From positions 4,392-68,391 of the forward strand of contig JAIKZF010000044.1 of assembly GCA_024682455.1 (NCBI GenBank): a stretch of DNA of 64,000 nucleotides, given 5' to 3'. Every line of letters begins with the position of its first letter. The stretch's first letter is position 1. Position numbers and translations under genes: made by a program. This stretch comes from Ruminiclostridium sp. Lineage in GTDB: Bacteria > Bacillota > Clostridia > Oscillospirales > Ruminococcaceae. This document shows positions 17,820 to 27,815 of this stretch, one piece after another. The notes under the pieces are model-generated. The model worked only from the letters and a program-made list of their open reading frames with translations, was not told where the DNA came from and searched no databases.

Positions 17820-18296
17820 ATGAAGCGCGGGACTTTCATTATTCTGATCTCGATAGTTCTGATCTTTATATGGGGACACTCTCTGATGCCGGTCGAGACC
17901 TCGTCGACCGAGAGCGTGGAGATCATGTATCCCATACAGGACGGGCTGGACTATCTGAATATACCCGTAACGCTGACCGAGCCGATAGTACGCAAGTTCG
18001 CGCACTTCACCGAGCACGCGGCAGCGGGGCTTCTGCTCGGGCTGTTCGTTTATCCGAGGCTCGGGTATTCCTCGTCGCGCCGCGATCGTGCCGAGGCGGT
18101 GGCGATACCTATGCTCGCGGGCTTTTTCATCGGTTTCATAGACGAGACCATACAGATATTCACGGGGCGCGGTCCTCTGGTGCAGGATGTCTGGATAGAT
18201 TTTGCCGGCGTGTTCTGCGGCGTCGGTATAGCTATACTTATCTGCGGCATAAGGCATCGCAGAAAGAATAAACGCGGAAAAAAAGGCAAGGAATAA
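17820..18296 (+). CDS. VanZ family membrane protein
   Basis: GGAGG RBS; FIWGHS, VRKFAHFTEH, DETIQIFTGRGPLVQDVWID. Confidence 0.85.
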   Translation: MKRGTFIILISIVLIFIWGHSLMPVETSSTESVEIMYPIQDGLDYLNIPVTLTEPIVRKFAHFTEHAAAGLLLGLFVYPRLGYSSSRRDRAEAVAIPMLAGFFIGFIDETIQIFTGRGPLVQDVWIDFAGVFCGVGIAILICGIRHRRKNKRGKKGKE

Positions 18297-18297
18297 A

Positions 18298-18346
18298 AAT
18301 ATCCGCCTCCGGAGCGGGAAGTACCGGAGGCGGATATTGTTATTTT
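18298..18346. terminator. bidirectional intrinsic terminator
   Basis: AATATCCGCCTCCGG...CCGGAGGCGGATATT stem between convergent genes. Confidence 0.8.
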
Positions 18347-18735
18347 GCTACATGATAGCCGACACATTTCAGTACCGCGACAAGGTTCCCCAGGTCGTCG
18401 CTGACCTCGACCGTGTAGAAGCAGGTGCTCCTGCCGTTCTTTATCAGCTTGGCCTCGGCGATGAGGCGCTCGCCGCGGACGGGCGCGGTATATGAGATAT
18501 CCGTGCTCAGCGCCACCGTGCGCTCGTCGCCCTGATTTGAGGCGACCGCGAACGCGAAATCCGCCAGCGTGAAGTGAACTCCTCCCATTACACCGCCCAT
18601 AGCGTTTCTGTGACGCTGCGTGAGCGTGACGGAACACTTCGCGTAGTGCTCCGACGCGTCGTCTATGACCATTCCGTTTTCTGTCGCGTATCTGTCCCGG
18701 GAAAAGATCTCGCGTATTTTTTCAAGTTCTGCCAT
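18340..18735 (-). CDS. PaaI family thioesterase (hotdog fold)
   Basis: HRNAMGGVMGGVHFTLADFAFA; AAGGAG RBS before ATG 18735. Confidence 0.85.
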   Translation of the reverse strand: MAELEKIREIFSRDRYATENGMVIDDASEHYAKCSVTLTQRHRNAMGGVMGGVHFTLADFAFAVASNQGDERTVALSTDISYTAPVRGERLIAEAKLIKNGRSTCFYTVEVSDDLGNLVAVLKCVGYHVAK

Positions 18736-18910
18736 TTTGCTGCTCCTTTTTGCTCTTTTTAGATAAAATATTATAACACAATATACCGTCCGTGTCAATT
18801 GCCGGAATATTATTTTTTATATCCGAGAACAAATTCAGCCTTATGATGCGAGGAGCCAGCGCCGTCGTTAATACCTCGGAAGGTTTCGTTAAATATTATT
18901 TCTTCTCCCA

Positions 18911-18939
18911 TTGCATTTTTTTCCAAAATGTGATATAAT
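18911..18939 (+). promoter_or_regulatory. sigma-A promoter of the GGDEF-EAL operon
   Basis: TTGCAT-17-TATAAT with extended TG. Confidence 0.6.
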
Positions 18940-19103
18940 AGACAATGAATAATTGTGTGTATGATCCGGGGGCGACAGTCTGAGCCCCGAAATACCGGAA
19001 AGAACACCGGCATACGGCATTGGCACCGGCTGCGGGACCCGCATTGTCGGATAAGCCTTATGCGCACAGGCAGCGCGTACGTCGCGCTGCGGGGAGGTAT
19101 AAT

Positions 19104-20813
19104 ATGCTATTGACAGAAGATCTTGCCGATAAGATTAGGGATTTGATTTGCAAGGCGGTGAAAAGGACTCTCCTCAACGAAGACTACCGACCGCTGTGCG
19201 ACGCTATGAACGCGGCAAGAATGTACTATGACATAGATCTCGTCGGCGAAGGACGATACCGCGATCATCAGACGCAGAAGCTCGCTATCCCCGGCATGGA
19301 GAAGGACGGCTGCATCGTGCTCTACGAAAGCGGCAAGCCCTCGGGAGACACGCTGATATTCACATATTACTATGAGGGCGAGCTGGAGTACGCGCACGCC
19401 TACCTTGAGCTTATCGAGGGCGTATCGAAAGACAGCATAGACAAAAGCCTTTACAACCTCCTGTCCGATATAATCTATCTGCTCGTCAGCCGTGACAATA
19501 TGCGGTATATGCTGACCTACGCCGAAACGAGAGACACGCAGACCGGCATACCCAACTCGGTGTACATCAGCAGCAAATTCGACAAGATAACGAAGGAAAC
19601 CCCCGGCGAAAACTATGCCGTGATATGCGTGAACCTGCGGAATTTCAAATATATAAACGAGATCGGCGGCTCGGAGGCGGGCGATGAGGCTATCGTGCTG
19701 TACGCGAATACGATAGTCACATTTGTGCATGAGGACGAGTGCGTCGCGAGACTCGGCGGCGACAACTTCGTCATATTCGTAAGGAAGGAGCGCCTTACCG
19801 ACATTATCGAGCGGCTGCGCACAGTAAAGCTGCAAAAGCTCTTGAAAGCTCCGGGCAGATCGTTCGAACTGTCCTCATGGATAGGAGTTTCGGCACCGCT
19901 TGTCAGCGACCGCAGACCGTTCGGCGTACGCCTGAACGAGGCGGCGATAGCCTGCGGTCTCGGCAAGACAAGGCTCAAGCACAATGTCGTGTTCTTCTCC
20001 GAAGAGCTGAAAATAATGATGAACCGCGGCAGAGAGATAATGGCGATGTTCTATCCCGCTGTGAAGAAGCACGAATTCCACCCCTTCTTCCAGCCGAAGG
20101 TCGATATGCGCACCGGAAAGCTTGTGGGCTTCGAGGCGCTGTGCCGCTGGATACACGACGGACGCTTCATATTCCCCGACCAGTTCATACCGATCCTCGA
20201 TAAAGAGGGGCTGATACATGAGCTGGATATGCTGATATTCCGCGAGACCTGCCTTGCTATCAGGAAATGGAAGGAAATGGGGCTGAATCCTCCGCGCATT
20301 TCGTCCAACTTCTCCCGCAAGAACCTGTTCGTGCCGGATATCGAGACAAAGATACTCGAAACGATATCGGACTGCGACATAGATGTGTCCGATGTAGAGA
20401 TAGAGATAACCGAGAGCGTGCAGGAGGCGGAGACTGCCCGCCTTATCGAGTTCGTCAGCAATCTGAAGAACAGCGGGCTCCACATCTCAATAGACGACTT
20501 CGGCACGGGATATTCGTCGCTGATGCTCATACATAATATAGACGCGGACGTAATAAAAATAGACAAGAGCTTTGTTGACGAGATAAACGTTATGCGAAAG
20601 TCAAAGGTGCTGATAGAAAGCATCATCGGCATAGCAAGCAACCTCGGTATGCAGCCCGTTGCCGAGGGCGTTGAAACGGCGGAGCAGGGCAGGTCGCTCA
20701 TGGAGCTCGGCTGCTTTGTCGCGCAGGGCTATTATTACAGCAAGCCCGTCGGTTTCGACGCGGCTACCGGCTTCATAAAGCGGGACGGCTTCGAGCCTAT
20801 CGCCGCCGAGTGA
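19104..20813 (+). CDS. GGDEF-EAL diguanylate cyclase/phosphodiesterase
   Basis: GGGAGG RBS; RLGGDNF (variant GGDEF); FQPKVD, EALCRW, EITES, IDDFGTGYSSL, KIDKSF, VAEGVET, QGYYYSKP. Confidence 0.9.
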   Translation: MLLTEDLADKIRDLICKAVKRTLLNEDYRPLCDAMNAARMYYDIDLVGEGRYRDHQTQKLAIPGMEKDGCIVLYESGKPSGDTLIFTYYYEGELEYAHAYLELIEGVSKDSIDKSLYNLLSDIIYLLVSRDNMRYMLTYAETRDTQTGIPNSVYISSKFDKITKETPGENYAVICVNLRNFKYINEIGGSEAGDEAIVLYANTIVTFVHEDECVARLGGDNFVIFVRKERLTDIIERLRTVKLQKLLKAPGRSFELSSWIGVSAPLVSDRRPFGVRLNEAAIACGLGKTRLKHNVVFFSEELKIMMNRGREIMAMFYPAVKKHEFHPFFQPKVDMRTGKLVGFEALCRWIHDGRFIFPDQFIPILDKEGLIHELDMLIFRETCLAIRKWKEMGLNPPRISSNFSRKNLFVPDIETKILETISDCDIDVSDVEIEITESVQEAETARLIEFVSNLKNSGLHISIDDFGTGYSSLMLIHNIDADVIKIDKSFVDEINVMRKSKVLIESIIGIASNLGMQPVAEGVETAEQGRSLMELGCFVAQGYYYSKPVGFDAATGFIKRDGFEPIAAE

Positions 20814-20819
20814 GGCTAT

Positions 20820-21761
20820 GTGGAGAAATTTATGCTTGATTGGAGAACTCCTACGCCCGGGGACATCCCGGAGATGCGCAGACTTGCCGGAAAGGCGGGC
20901 GCGCGCGGAAGCGACGCCTCCGCGGTCAATATTTACCTTCTCAGGGAGAAATACAACATAAAGGCAGCCCTCATCGGGGGCTTCCTTTTCCGTCTTTATA
21001 CGGGTACAAGGCTTCCCGGGCGCTGCGGAGTGACGTTCCCTCTGGGGTGCGGAGATATCGGCGCGGCTCTCGATCTTCTGGCGGAGGACTGCCGGGAGCG
21101 CGGCAAGCCGCTGTGCTTCATCTTCCTGACCGAGGAACAGCGCGATATCGTAGCGGCGCATTTTCCCGATATGCGGTTCGGCACCGACGAGGGAAACAGC
21201 GACTACACCTATACCGCTAAGCATCTGGCGGAGCTGACGGGCAAGGAGAACGAAAAGAAGCGTAATCGCGTGAACCGATTCACGCGGCTGTATCCCGATA
21301 TGAAGCTCGTCTTTTCCGAGGATACGGATCCGCTGAGCTTCACGCGCGACATGATCTCGGTCGCAGAGCGCTGGTTCGACGAACAGGCGGAGCGTGTAGA
21401 CTCGATGTTCGTCGAGCGCCTTGAGATCTACGAGGCTTGCCGCTGCTGGACGGAAACGGGGCTTCTGGGAGCCGTGCTCTACGCCGATGAAATACCCGCT
21501 GCCATGACGATAGCCTCTGAGATATCGCCGGGGAATTACGACATACACTTCGAGAAGTGCTGGGGCGAATACGCAAAGGCAGGAGGCTTCGCGGCGATAA
21601 ACAAGCTCTTCGCGGCGCACCTTGCGGAAAAGCACGGAGCGCTGTGGATAAACCGCGAGGAGGATATCGGGCTTGAGGGGCTTCGCCGCGCGAAATCCGC
21701 TTACCGCCCCGATAAGATGCTGGTGAAATATCATACTTTGGGGGGCTGTACGGAATGCTGA
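20820..21761 (+). CDS. DUF2156 / phosphatidylglycerol lysyltransferase-like double-GNAT protein
   Basis: DYTY...LAELTGK...KKRNRVNRF, DIHFEK, INREEDIGLEGLRRAKSAYRP. Confidence 0.85.
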   Translation: MEKFMLDWRTPTPGDIPEMRRLAGKAGARGSDASAVNIYLLREKYNIKAALIGGFLFRLYTGTRLPGRCGVTFPLGCGDIGAALDLLAEDCRERGKPLCFIFLTEEQRDIVAAHFPDMRFGTDEGNSDYTYTAKHLAELTGKENEKKRNRVNRFTRLYPDMKLVFSEDTDPLSFTRDMISVAERWFDEQAERVDSMFVERLEIYEACRCWTETGLLGAVLYADEIPAAMTIASEISPGNYDIHFEKCWGEYAKAGGFAAINKLFAAHLAEKHGALWINREEDIGLEGLRRAKSAYRPDKMLVKYHTLGGCTEC

Positions 21762-22261
21762 GCAAGGTGTTGTCAAAGGAAGCCTGCGCGAAGTGCGGTT
21801 TCTGCTGCTCGTTCAGGCGGCAGAGCCTGTGGGAGCTCCCGCGTATGCCGGAAAGCTTCGCCGGAGAGCACCCGGTCGGTGCGTCGGGCGAGGCGATAGT
21901 TTATGAATACGGTGCGGAGAACGGCTCGCGTTTCTGCGTGACCGATCTGCGCGGCGGGTACCGTACCGACGACCCAGAGGAGGAAGTTCGCTGTCCGTTC
22001 CTCGACCCGAAGAGCGGCTGCGTCCTGCCGGAAGGGGAGAAGCCCTTCGACTGCTCGATATGGCCGCTGCGCTGTATGAGGCTGCCGGACGGCGGGCTTC
22101 ACGTATGCCTCACGCCCACCTGCCCGGAGATAAACCGAGTGCCGGAGGAGCGCATGAGAGAGCTGGTCTCGGCGGGACTCGGAGAGCGGATACTGGATTA
22201 CGCCGGGAAATATCCCTTTATGATAAAGGAATACAGGACGGGGTTCACGATACTTTCCTGA
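21755..22261 (+). CDS. YkgJ-like CxxCxxCC cysteine-cluster protein
   Basis: CAKCGFCC...CPFLD..GC...KPFDCSIWP; overlaps the upstream stop. Confidence 0.75.
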   Translation: MLSKVLSKEACAKCGFCCSFRRQSLWELPRMPESFAGEHPVGASGEAIVYEYGAENGSRFCVTDLRGGYRTDDPEEEVRCPFLDPKSGCVLPEGEKPFDCSIWPLRCMRLPDGGLHVCLTPTCPEINRVPEERMRELVSAGLGERILDYAGKYPFMIKEYRTGFTILS

Positions 22262-22475
22262 CCCGAAGCTTTTTTCGCGCCCGGAAGGCTTATTTCCTAC
22301 CCCCTTACACAATAACAAAGACTGTCGTATTAAGGTTTTCATCTGCGCCCGCGCGCTTTCGGAGACCTTAGGGCAGTCTTTTTTATTGATTTCGGTTCTG
22401 TATGTGGACATATTGACGGTATTACAGCCGGCAGGATGTGTATAGACAGGACTGAATTTAGTATTATAAATTATA

Positions 22476-22504
22476 TTGACAATTTTACTAAACTATATTA
22501 TAAT
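22476..22504 (+). promoter_or_regulatory. sigma-A promoter of the tandem kinase operon
   Basis: Perfect TTGACA-17-TATAAT. Confidence 0.75.
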
Positions 22505-22553
22505 AAACTATGTATAAAATAGGATAATTATATCTTGCTGCGGAGAATGATAT

Positions 22554-25067
22554 ATGGATATAAACGAACGTATAAAAGAAATACATAAGCACACGCATCT
22601 GCTGTTCGTGACGAGCTATACCTTTCTGTGCGTGCTCATGGTGTTTGAGACTATCGTGCTGGAAAAGGAGCTGTGGCCGATCGCTGTCATAGCCGTGTGC
22701 CTTATCTTATCGTGGTCCATACACGTTATGCGGTACGGCGAAGCGGTAGCCAGACTGCGTATCTACGCTCTGTTCTGGTGCATCGGCTTATTCTACATAG
22801 GCATAATCTCGGTTACCACTTACGAGATAACTCCCCTGATCGTCATATATCTGTCCATGGCGGCGCTTGCTATGGAAAAGTCAATGATATGGTCGGGCGC
22901 GCTGGTCGGTATTACATCTATGGCGATACATCTGCTTGTCCGCAAGGAAGGCAAGGGCTTAGTACTTGAAGCTCCGAACATCGCGCGTGTAGTGCTCCAG
23001 TTCATCATTGTCGTAGCCGCGTCGCGCATTGCTTTCGGTATATGCGAGATACTCCAGAAGACCGCCTCGGCGTATAACGACGAGCTGAAAAGGATCGAGG
23101 ACAAAAACCGCCGCACAGACGAGCTTATGACGAATATCTCCCACGAGATACGCACCCCGATAAACGCCGTCATAGGCCTCAGCACGGTGCTAAGCAATAA
23201 TACCGAAAACAAAGAGCTCCGCGAGACTGCGGGTCTGATACGAAGCGCGGGCTTCCGTGCGGCAGATCAGCTCGGCAATATATCGGACTATACCGAGCTG
23301 GGTATGCGCACTCTTGTCATCACAAAGGAGCGCTATATGATCTCGTCGATCATCAGCGACCTCATAGCGGAGCTCCAGTATGAGAACAACACGGACGTCG
23401 AGCTCATTTTCGACGTCGAACCCCTCGTGCCTGCCGGGCTGATAGGCGACAGCGAGAAGATACGCCGTATACTGCGTCAGCTCGTCAATAACGGTATAAA
23501 ATTCGCGTCCGAGGGCTGCGTATATGTCCATGTTTTCTGTATAAAGCGCGGTTATGGTATAAACCTGTGCTTTGAAGTCACCGATACCGGCGAGGGTATG
23601 ACTCCCGAGGAGACCGAGCATCTGACCGAGGCTTTCTATCAGTCGGACGCGGGCGTTAAGCGCAGCGCCGGAGGACTGGGACTGGGGATACGCATAGTTG
23701 ACGGCTTCGTTTCCGCTATGGGCGGTTTTATGATAATCGAGAGCGAAAAGGGAGTCGGAACTACCGTGCGCGTCAGCATACCGCAGGAGATAGCGGACGG
23801 CGCTCCCTGCGCGTCGGCTCCGAATAAGGACGTGTGTCTCGCGGGATATCTCAGCTTCGAGTACTACAAGATACCGCAGATAAGAGAATACTACCAGCGC
23901 ACGATCACGGATCTCGTAAAGCAGCTTGAGCTGCCTTTCCATAATGTCACGGATATCGAGGATCTGAAAAAGCTCCGTTCCGGTCTGTCGCTGACGCATC
24001 TGTTCATAGGAACGCATGAGTATCTGGAGAATGAGGAATATATCGAATCTATCGCGAGCGATATGATCGTCATAGTTTCCGCGGACTACGGCTTCACACC
24101 CAAGAAAAACAGCCGCGTAAAGCTGCTTAGGAAGCCGTTCTACTGTATACCTATCGTAAATTATCTCAATATGACTCCCGAGAGCATTGACGAGGAGTAC
24201 GCCGATATGAGAATGTACTGTCCCGGCGTAAAGGTGCTCGTCGTCGACGACGACTCGATGAACCTGCTCGTCGCGGAGGGCATATTCCGCGAGTACGGAA
24301 TGACCGTATATACCGCCAAGAGCGGGCGCGAGTCCATTGAGATGTGCGCTAAGAACCGCTATGACATTGTGTTCATGGATCACATGATGCCCGAAATGGA
24401 CGGCGTGGAGGCTATGAAGCGCATAAGAATGACCTCCGCAAAGAACGGCGATCTGTTCATAGCCGCTCTCACCGCAAATATGGTCAGCAGCGCCAAGGAT
24501 ATGCTGATCTCCGAGGGCTTTGACGCGTTTCTCGCGAAGCCCATAATCAGACCCGCGCTTGAAAGCGTTCTGCGCAAGGCTCTGCCGAAGTCCGCCATTC
24601 ACTACATACCCGAGGAGGATATCTACATCGAGCCGCCTGCCGGAGACAATCACAAGTATCCCGCGGAGGAGCCCGCGGTTTCTGCCTCGGCAAGCCTTAT
24701 CAGGTTCGCCGAGGAGCTGGGCATAAATACCGCGGACGGTATGAGCTTCTGCGCCGACGATGAGGAGTTTTACTCTCAGCTGCTGGGCGAGTACGCGGCG
24801 TCGGCTCCGCAGAAGGCTGCGGAGATCGAGCGTCTGCTGACGGCGGGTGACCTTAAAAACTACAACATAAAGGTACACGCGCTGAAAAGCAATTCCCGCA
24901 CGGTCGGAGCCGCGAAGCTCTCCGAGATGTTCCTGCGGCTGGAGAACGCCTCGAAGAACGGTGATACCAAGACTATCGAGGAGCTGCACGGCACGGCGAT
25001 GAAGCTGTTCGCCGAGCTGACTGAAAGGCTGCGCGCGTTTATCGGTGAAGAAAGGCGGGAGGGTTGA
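22554..25067 (+). CDS. hybrid sensor histidine kinase (multi-TM, HisKA, HATPase, REC, HPt)
   Basis: SHEIRTPINA; NGIKF, DTGEG, GLGLG; VLVVDDD...FMDHMMP...KP; VHALKSNSR. Confidence 0.9.
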   Translation: MDINERIKEIHKHTHLLFVTSYTFLCVLMVFETIVLEKELWPIAVIAVCLILSWSIHVMRYGEAVARLRIYALFWCIGLFYIGIISVTTYEITPLIVIYLSMAALAMEKSMIWSGALVGITSMAIHLLVRKEGKGLVLEAPNIARVVLQFIIVVAASRIAFGICEILQKTASAYNDELKRIEDKNRRTDELMTNISHEIRTPINAVIGLSTVLSNNTENKELRETAGLIRSAGFRAADQLGNISDYTELGMRTLVITKERYMISSIISDLIAELQYENNTDVELIFDVEPLVPAGLIGDSEKIRRILRQLVNNGIKFASEGCVYVHVFCIKRGYGINLCFEVTDTGEGMTPEETEHLTEAFYQSDAGVKRSAGGLGLGIRIVDGFVSAMGGFMIIESEKGVGTTVRVSIPQEIADGAPCASAPNKDVCLAGYLSFEYYKIPQIREYYQRTITDLVKQLELPFHNVTDIEDLKKLRSGLSLTHLFIGTHEYLENEEYIESIASDMIVIVSADYGFTPKKNSRVKLLRKPFYCIPIVNYLNMTPESIDEEYADMRMYCPGVKVLVVDDDSMNLLVAEGIFREYGMTVYTAKSGRESIEMCAKNRYDIVFMDHMMPEMDGVEAMKRIRMTSAKNGDLFIAALTANMVSSAKDMLISEGFDAFLAKPIIRPALESVLRKALPKSAIHYIPEEDIYIEPPAGDNHKYPAEEPAVSASASLIRFAEELGINTADGMSFCADDEEFYSQLLGEYAASAPQKAAEIERLLTAGDLKNYNIKVHALKSNSRTVGAAKLSEMFLRLENASKNGDTKTIEELHGTAMKLFAELTERLRAFIGEERREG

Positions 25068-25069
25068 GT

Positions 25070-27742
25070 ATGAACATGAACAGACTTAGAGTCATAACCC
25101 GCTTCTATGATCCGGAAAGCCCGATATACGTCAAGCTTTACTTTGTGCTCTCGACCATGCTGATCTCCGCCCTGTTTCTGATGCTTATATGGGATATCAT
25201 CATAGGAGAATGTTTACAGAAGATCGTTGTTATAGGAGCGGGTCTGGTGATGTTCACGGTCACCACGATAGTGTTCGTGCGTTTTAAGAACAGCGACATG
25301 GGCTCGGTGCTGGTCGCTATTCTGAGCAGTCTGCTGCTGCTTCCGGCTCTCTACTTCACCAGCGGAGGCATATACGGCAGCACGCCTATATGGTACACTT
25401 TCTCGTTCCTGTATATCGGCATGGTGCTGCGCGGAAAGCGCAAAACTGTGCTGATAGTCCTCATGGCGGCGTCCACGGTCGCCTGCTATGTACTGTCCCT
25501 TGTTTTTCCCGAGTTTGTAATTCCGCACACCGATAAGACCATGTATCTCGATGTCGGCGCGTCGGTCATCGTAGTCGGGATAATGATGTTCCTCATGGCA
25601 GGCTTTACGCAGTACATCTACAAGAAAGAGAACGATGTCGCGAACGCCCGCAAGATCGAGATAGAGAAGCTCAATCAGGCTCAGAACCGTTTCTTCGCGG
25701 GAATGAGCCACGAGATACGCACGCCTATAAACACAATAATCGGTCTCAACGAGCTGAATCTGCGCGGAGACCTGCCCAAGGAGCTTGTCGATAATTCGCT
25801 GAATATCCAGTCCGCCAGCAATATGCTGCTGCACCTGATAAACGATATTCTGGATATGTCCAAGATCGAATCGGGCAATATGGAGATAAACAGCTCCGCC
25901 TACGATGTGGGAAAGATGCTCTCCGATATCGTCGGAATGATGTGGATACGGGCTAAGGAGAAGAATCTCGCGTTCAATGTCGAGGTCGATCCCGAAATGC
26001 CCGCCATGATGTACGGCGATGAGATAAAGATACGTCAGATCATCATAAATCTGCTCACCAACGCCATAAAGTACACCAAGGAGGGCTGGGTAAGCCTTTC
26101 TATCGCGTGCCGCAGGTCGGAGGCTTCAAAAGCCGTGGTGACCTACACCGTCACCGATACCGGCATAGGCATAAAGAGCGAGAACATACCGCACCTTTTC
26201 TCGTCCTTCAAGCGCGTCGACGAGGAGAATAACCGCTATATCGAGGGCACCGGGCTCGGGCTTTCGATAGTCAAGGAGTTCGTGGGACTCATGGGCGGCA
26301 GGATAAACGTGAACAGCGTCTACACAAAGGGCTCGACCTTTGTAGTCGAGATCCCGCAGCTCATAGCGGACGAAAAGCGCATTGAGGACATACACCTCAC
26401 CCACAGCTATCACACCGTCGATCACAAGCATTACAAGCAGAGCTTTGAGGCTCCGAAGGCAAGGGTGCTCATCGTCGACGACAACGAGGCGAACCTTAAG
26501 GTAGAGTCACGGCTCCTTGCCGCTACGAGGATGCATATAGATACGGCGTCGAGCGGAGCCGAGGCTCTCGAAATGACCGTCAAGAACAAGTATCACGTTA
26601 TTCTTATGGATCACCTTATGCCCGAAATGGACGGCGTAGAGTGTATGCACAGGATACGCACACAGATAGGAGGTCTCTGCAAGGATTCCGGCATAGCGGC
26701 TCTCACCGCAAACGCGGGCGGCGACGAGAAGATGTTCTACGCCAAGGAGGGCTTTGACGGCTACATCGTCAAGCCCGTTACCGGCGCGGCTCTTGAGCAT
26801 GAGCTTATGAGGCTCCTGCCGCCGGATCTTGTCCGCGTGAACTCGGACAGCGCGGAGGAGGTCGGCGAGTATCTGAGCCCCGTACATACCCGCAGGAACA
26901 AGGCTCCGGTAATCATCACCAGCGAGAGCGTATGCGACCTGCCGAAGCGTATGACGTCGAAGTACGATATCCCGATCATTCCGTACAGCGTCAAAACCGA
27001 CGAGGGTATCTTCTATGATGATACCGAGACCGGTACCGCAAGTCTGATACGTTATATGGATAACAGCGGCGTAGCCAGTTCGCTGCCTCCCACGAAGGAG
27101 GAATACACCGCATTCTTCGCCGAGCAGCTTGTCAGCGCGAACTATGTTATCCACATAACCATGGCGAAATACAGCACAGAGGGCTATAAGAACCTCACCG
27201 AAGCCGCGAAGAGCTTCAATAACGTCATTGTGGTCGACAGCGCCAATCTGTCAAGCGCCATGGGGCTTCTTGTGCTGCAGGCTGCGGAGCTTGCGCGTTC
27301 CGATATGCCGGTCGATGACATAGTGAAAAGACTGAATGTCTTGAAGGATAAGATGAAAACGACCTTCATCGTCGATTCGCCGGATCATCTTGCGCACGTT
27401 GACAGGATAAACAGGTGGGTAGCCGCTTTTTCAAAGGCTTTCATGCTCCACCCGCTCATACACGTCTCCCGGAGCCGCATAAAGACCGGAGGCGTCTACT
27501 TCGGCAGCCGTGAGAAGGTATGGAAGAAGTATATCCGTTACTCCATGCGCGATTATGAGTTTATGGACAAGAAGCTGCTGTTCGTTACTTACGTAGGGCT
27601 CCGTCAGACAGACCTCGAAAGTATCAGGGACGAGATAGAGAAAAAGTACAGCTTCGATGAGATCATCTTCCAGGAGGCGTGTCCCGCGGTCGCCGTAAAT
27701 GCCGGCTCGGGTACGTTCGGGCTGCTGTATGCCCTGAAATGA
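25070..27742 (+). CDS. hybrid sensor histidine kinase with REC and C-terminal DegV fatty-acid-binding domain
   Basis: SHEIRTP, NAIKY, DTGIG, GTGLGL; REC LIVDDN...LMDHLMP; DegV-like IITSESVCDLP...VVDSANLSSAMGLLV...VNAGSGTFG. Start 25064 (TTG) or 25070 (ATG). Confidence 0.85.
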   Translation: MNMNRLRVITRFYDPESPIYVKLYFVLSTMLISALFLMLIWDIIIGECLQKIVVIGAGLVMFTVTTIVFVRFKNSDMGSVLVAILSSLLLLPALYFTSGGIYGSTPIWYTFSFLYIGMVLRGKRKTVLIVLMAASTVACYVLSLVFPEFVIPHTDKTMYLDVGASVIVVGIMMFLMAGFTQYIYKKENDVANARKIEIEKLNQAQNRFFAGMSHEIRTPINTIIGLNELNLRGDLPKELVDNSLNIQSASNMLLHLINDILDMSKIESGNMEINSSAYDVGKMLSDIVGMMWIRAKEKNLAFNVEVDPEMPAMMYGDEIKIRQIIINLLTNAIKYTKEGWVSLSIACRRSEASKAVVTYTVTDTGIGIKSENIPHLFSSFKRVDEENNRYIEGTGLGLSIVKEFVGLMGGRINVNSVYTKGSTFVVEIPQLIADEKRIEDIHLTHSYHTVDHKHYKQSFEAPKARVLIVDDNEANLKVESRLLAATRMHIDTASSGAEALEMTVKNKYHVILMDHLMPEMDGVECMHRIRTQIGGLCKDSGIAALTANAGGDEKMFYAKEGFDGYIVKPVTGAALEHELMRLLPPDLVRVNSDSAEEVGEYLSPVHTRRNKAPVIITSESVCDLPKRMTSKYDIPIIPYSVKTDEGIFYDDTETGTASLIRYMDNSGVASSLPPTKEEYTAFFAEQLVSANYVIHITMAKYSTEGYKNLTEAAKSFNNVIVVDSANLSSAMGLLVLQAAELARSDMPVDDIVKRLNVLKDKMKTTFIVDSPDHLAHVDRINRWVAAFSKAFMLHPLIHVSRSRIKTGGVYFGSREKVWKKYIRYSMRDYEFMDKKLLFVTYVGLRQTDLESIRDEIEKKYSFDEIIFQEACPAVAVNAGSGTFGLLYALK

Positions 27743-27745
27743 ACG

Positions 27746-27793
27746 AAAAAAGAAATCTGCGCCTTTTTTGAAAGACGCAGATCTTATTTTTTT
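27746..27793. terminator. bidirectional intrinsic terminator
   Basis: ATCTGCG..CTTT/AAAG..CGCAGAT stem with A and T runs between convergent genes. Confidence 0.7.
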
Positions 27794-27815
27794 GCGTTAA
27801 TGCGAAACGGCAGTA

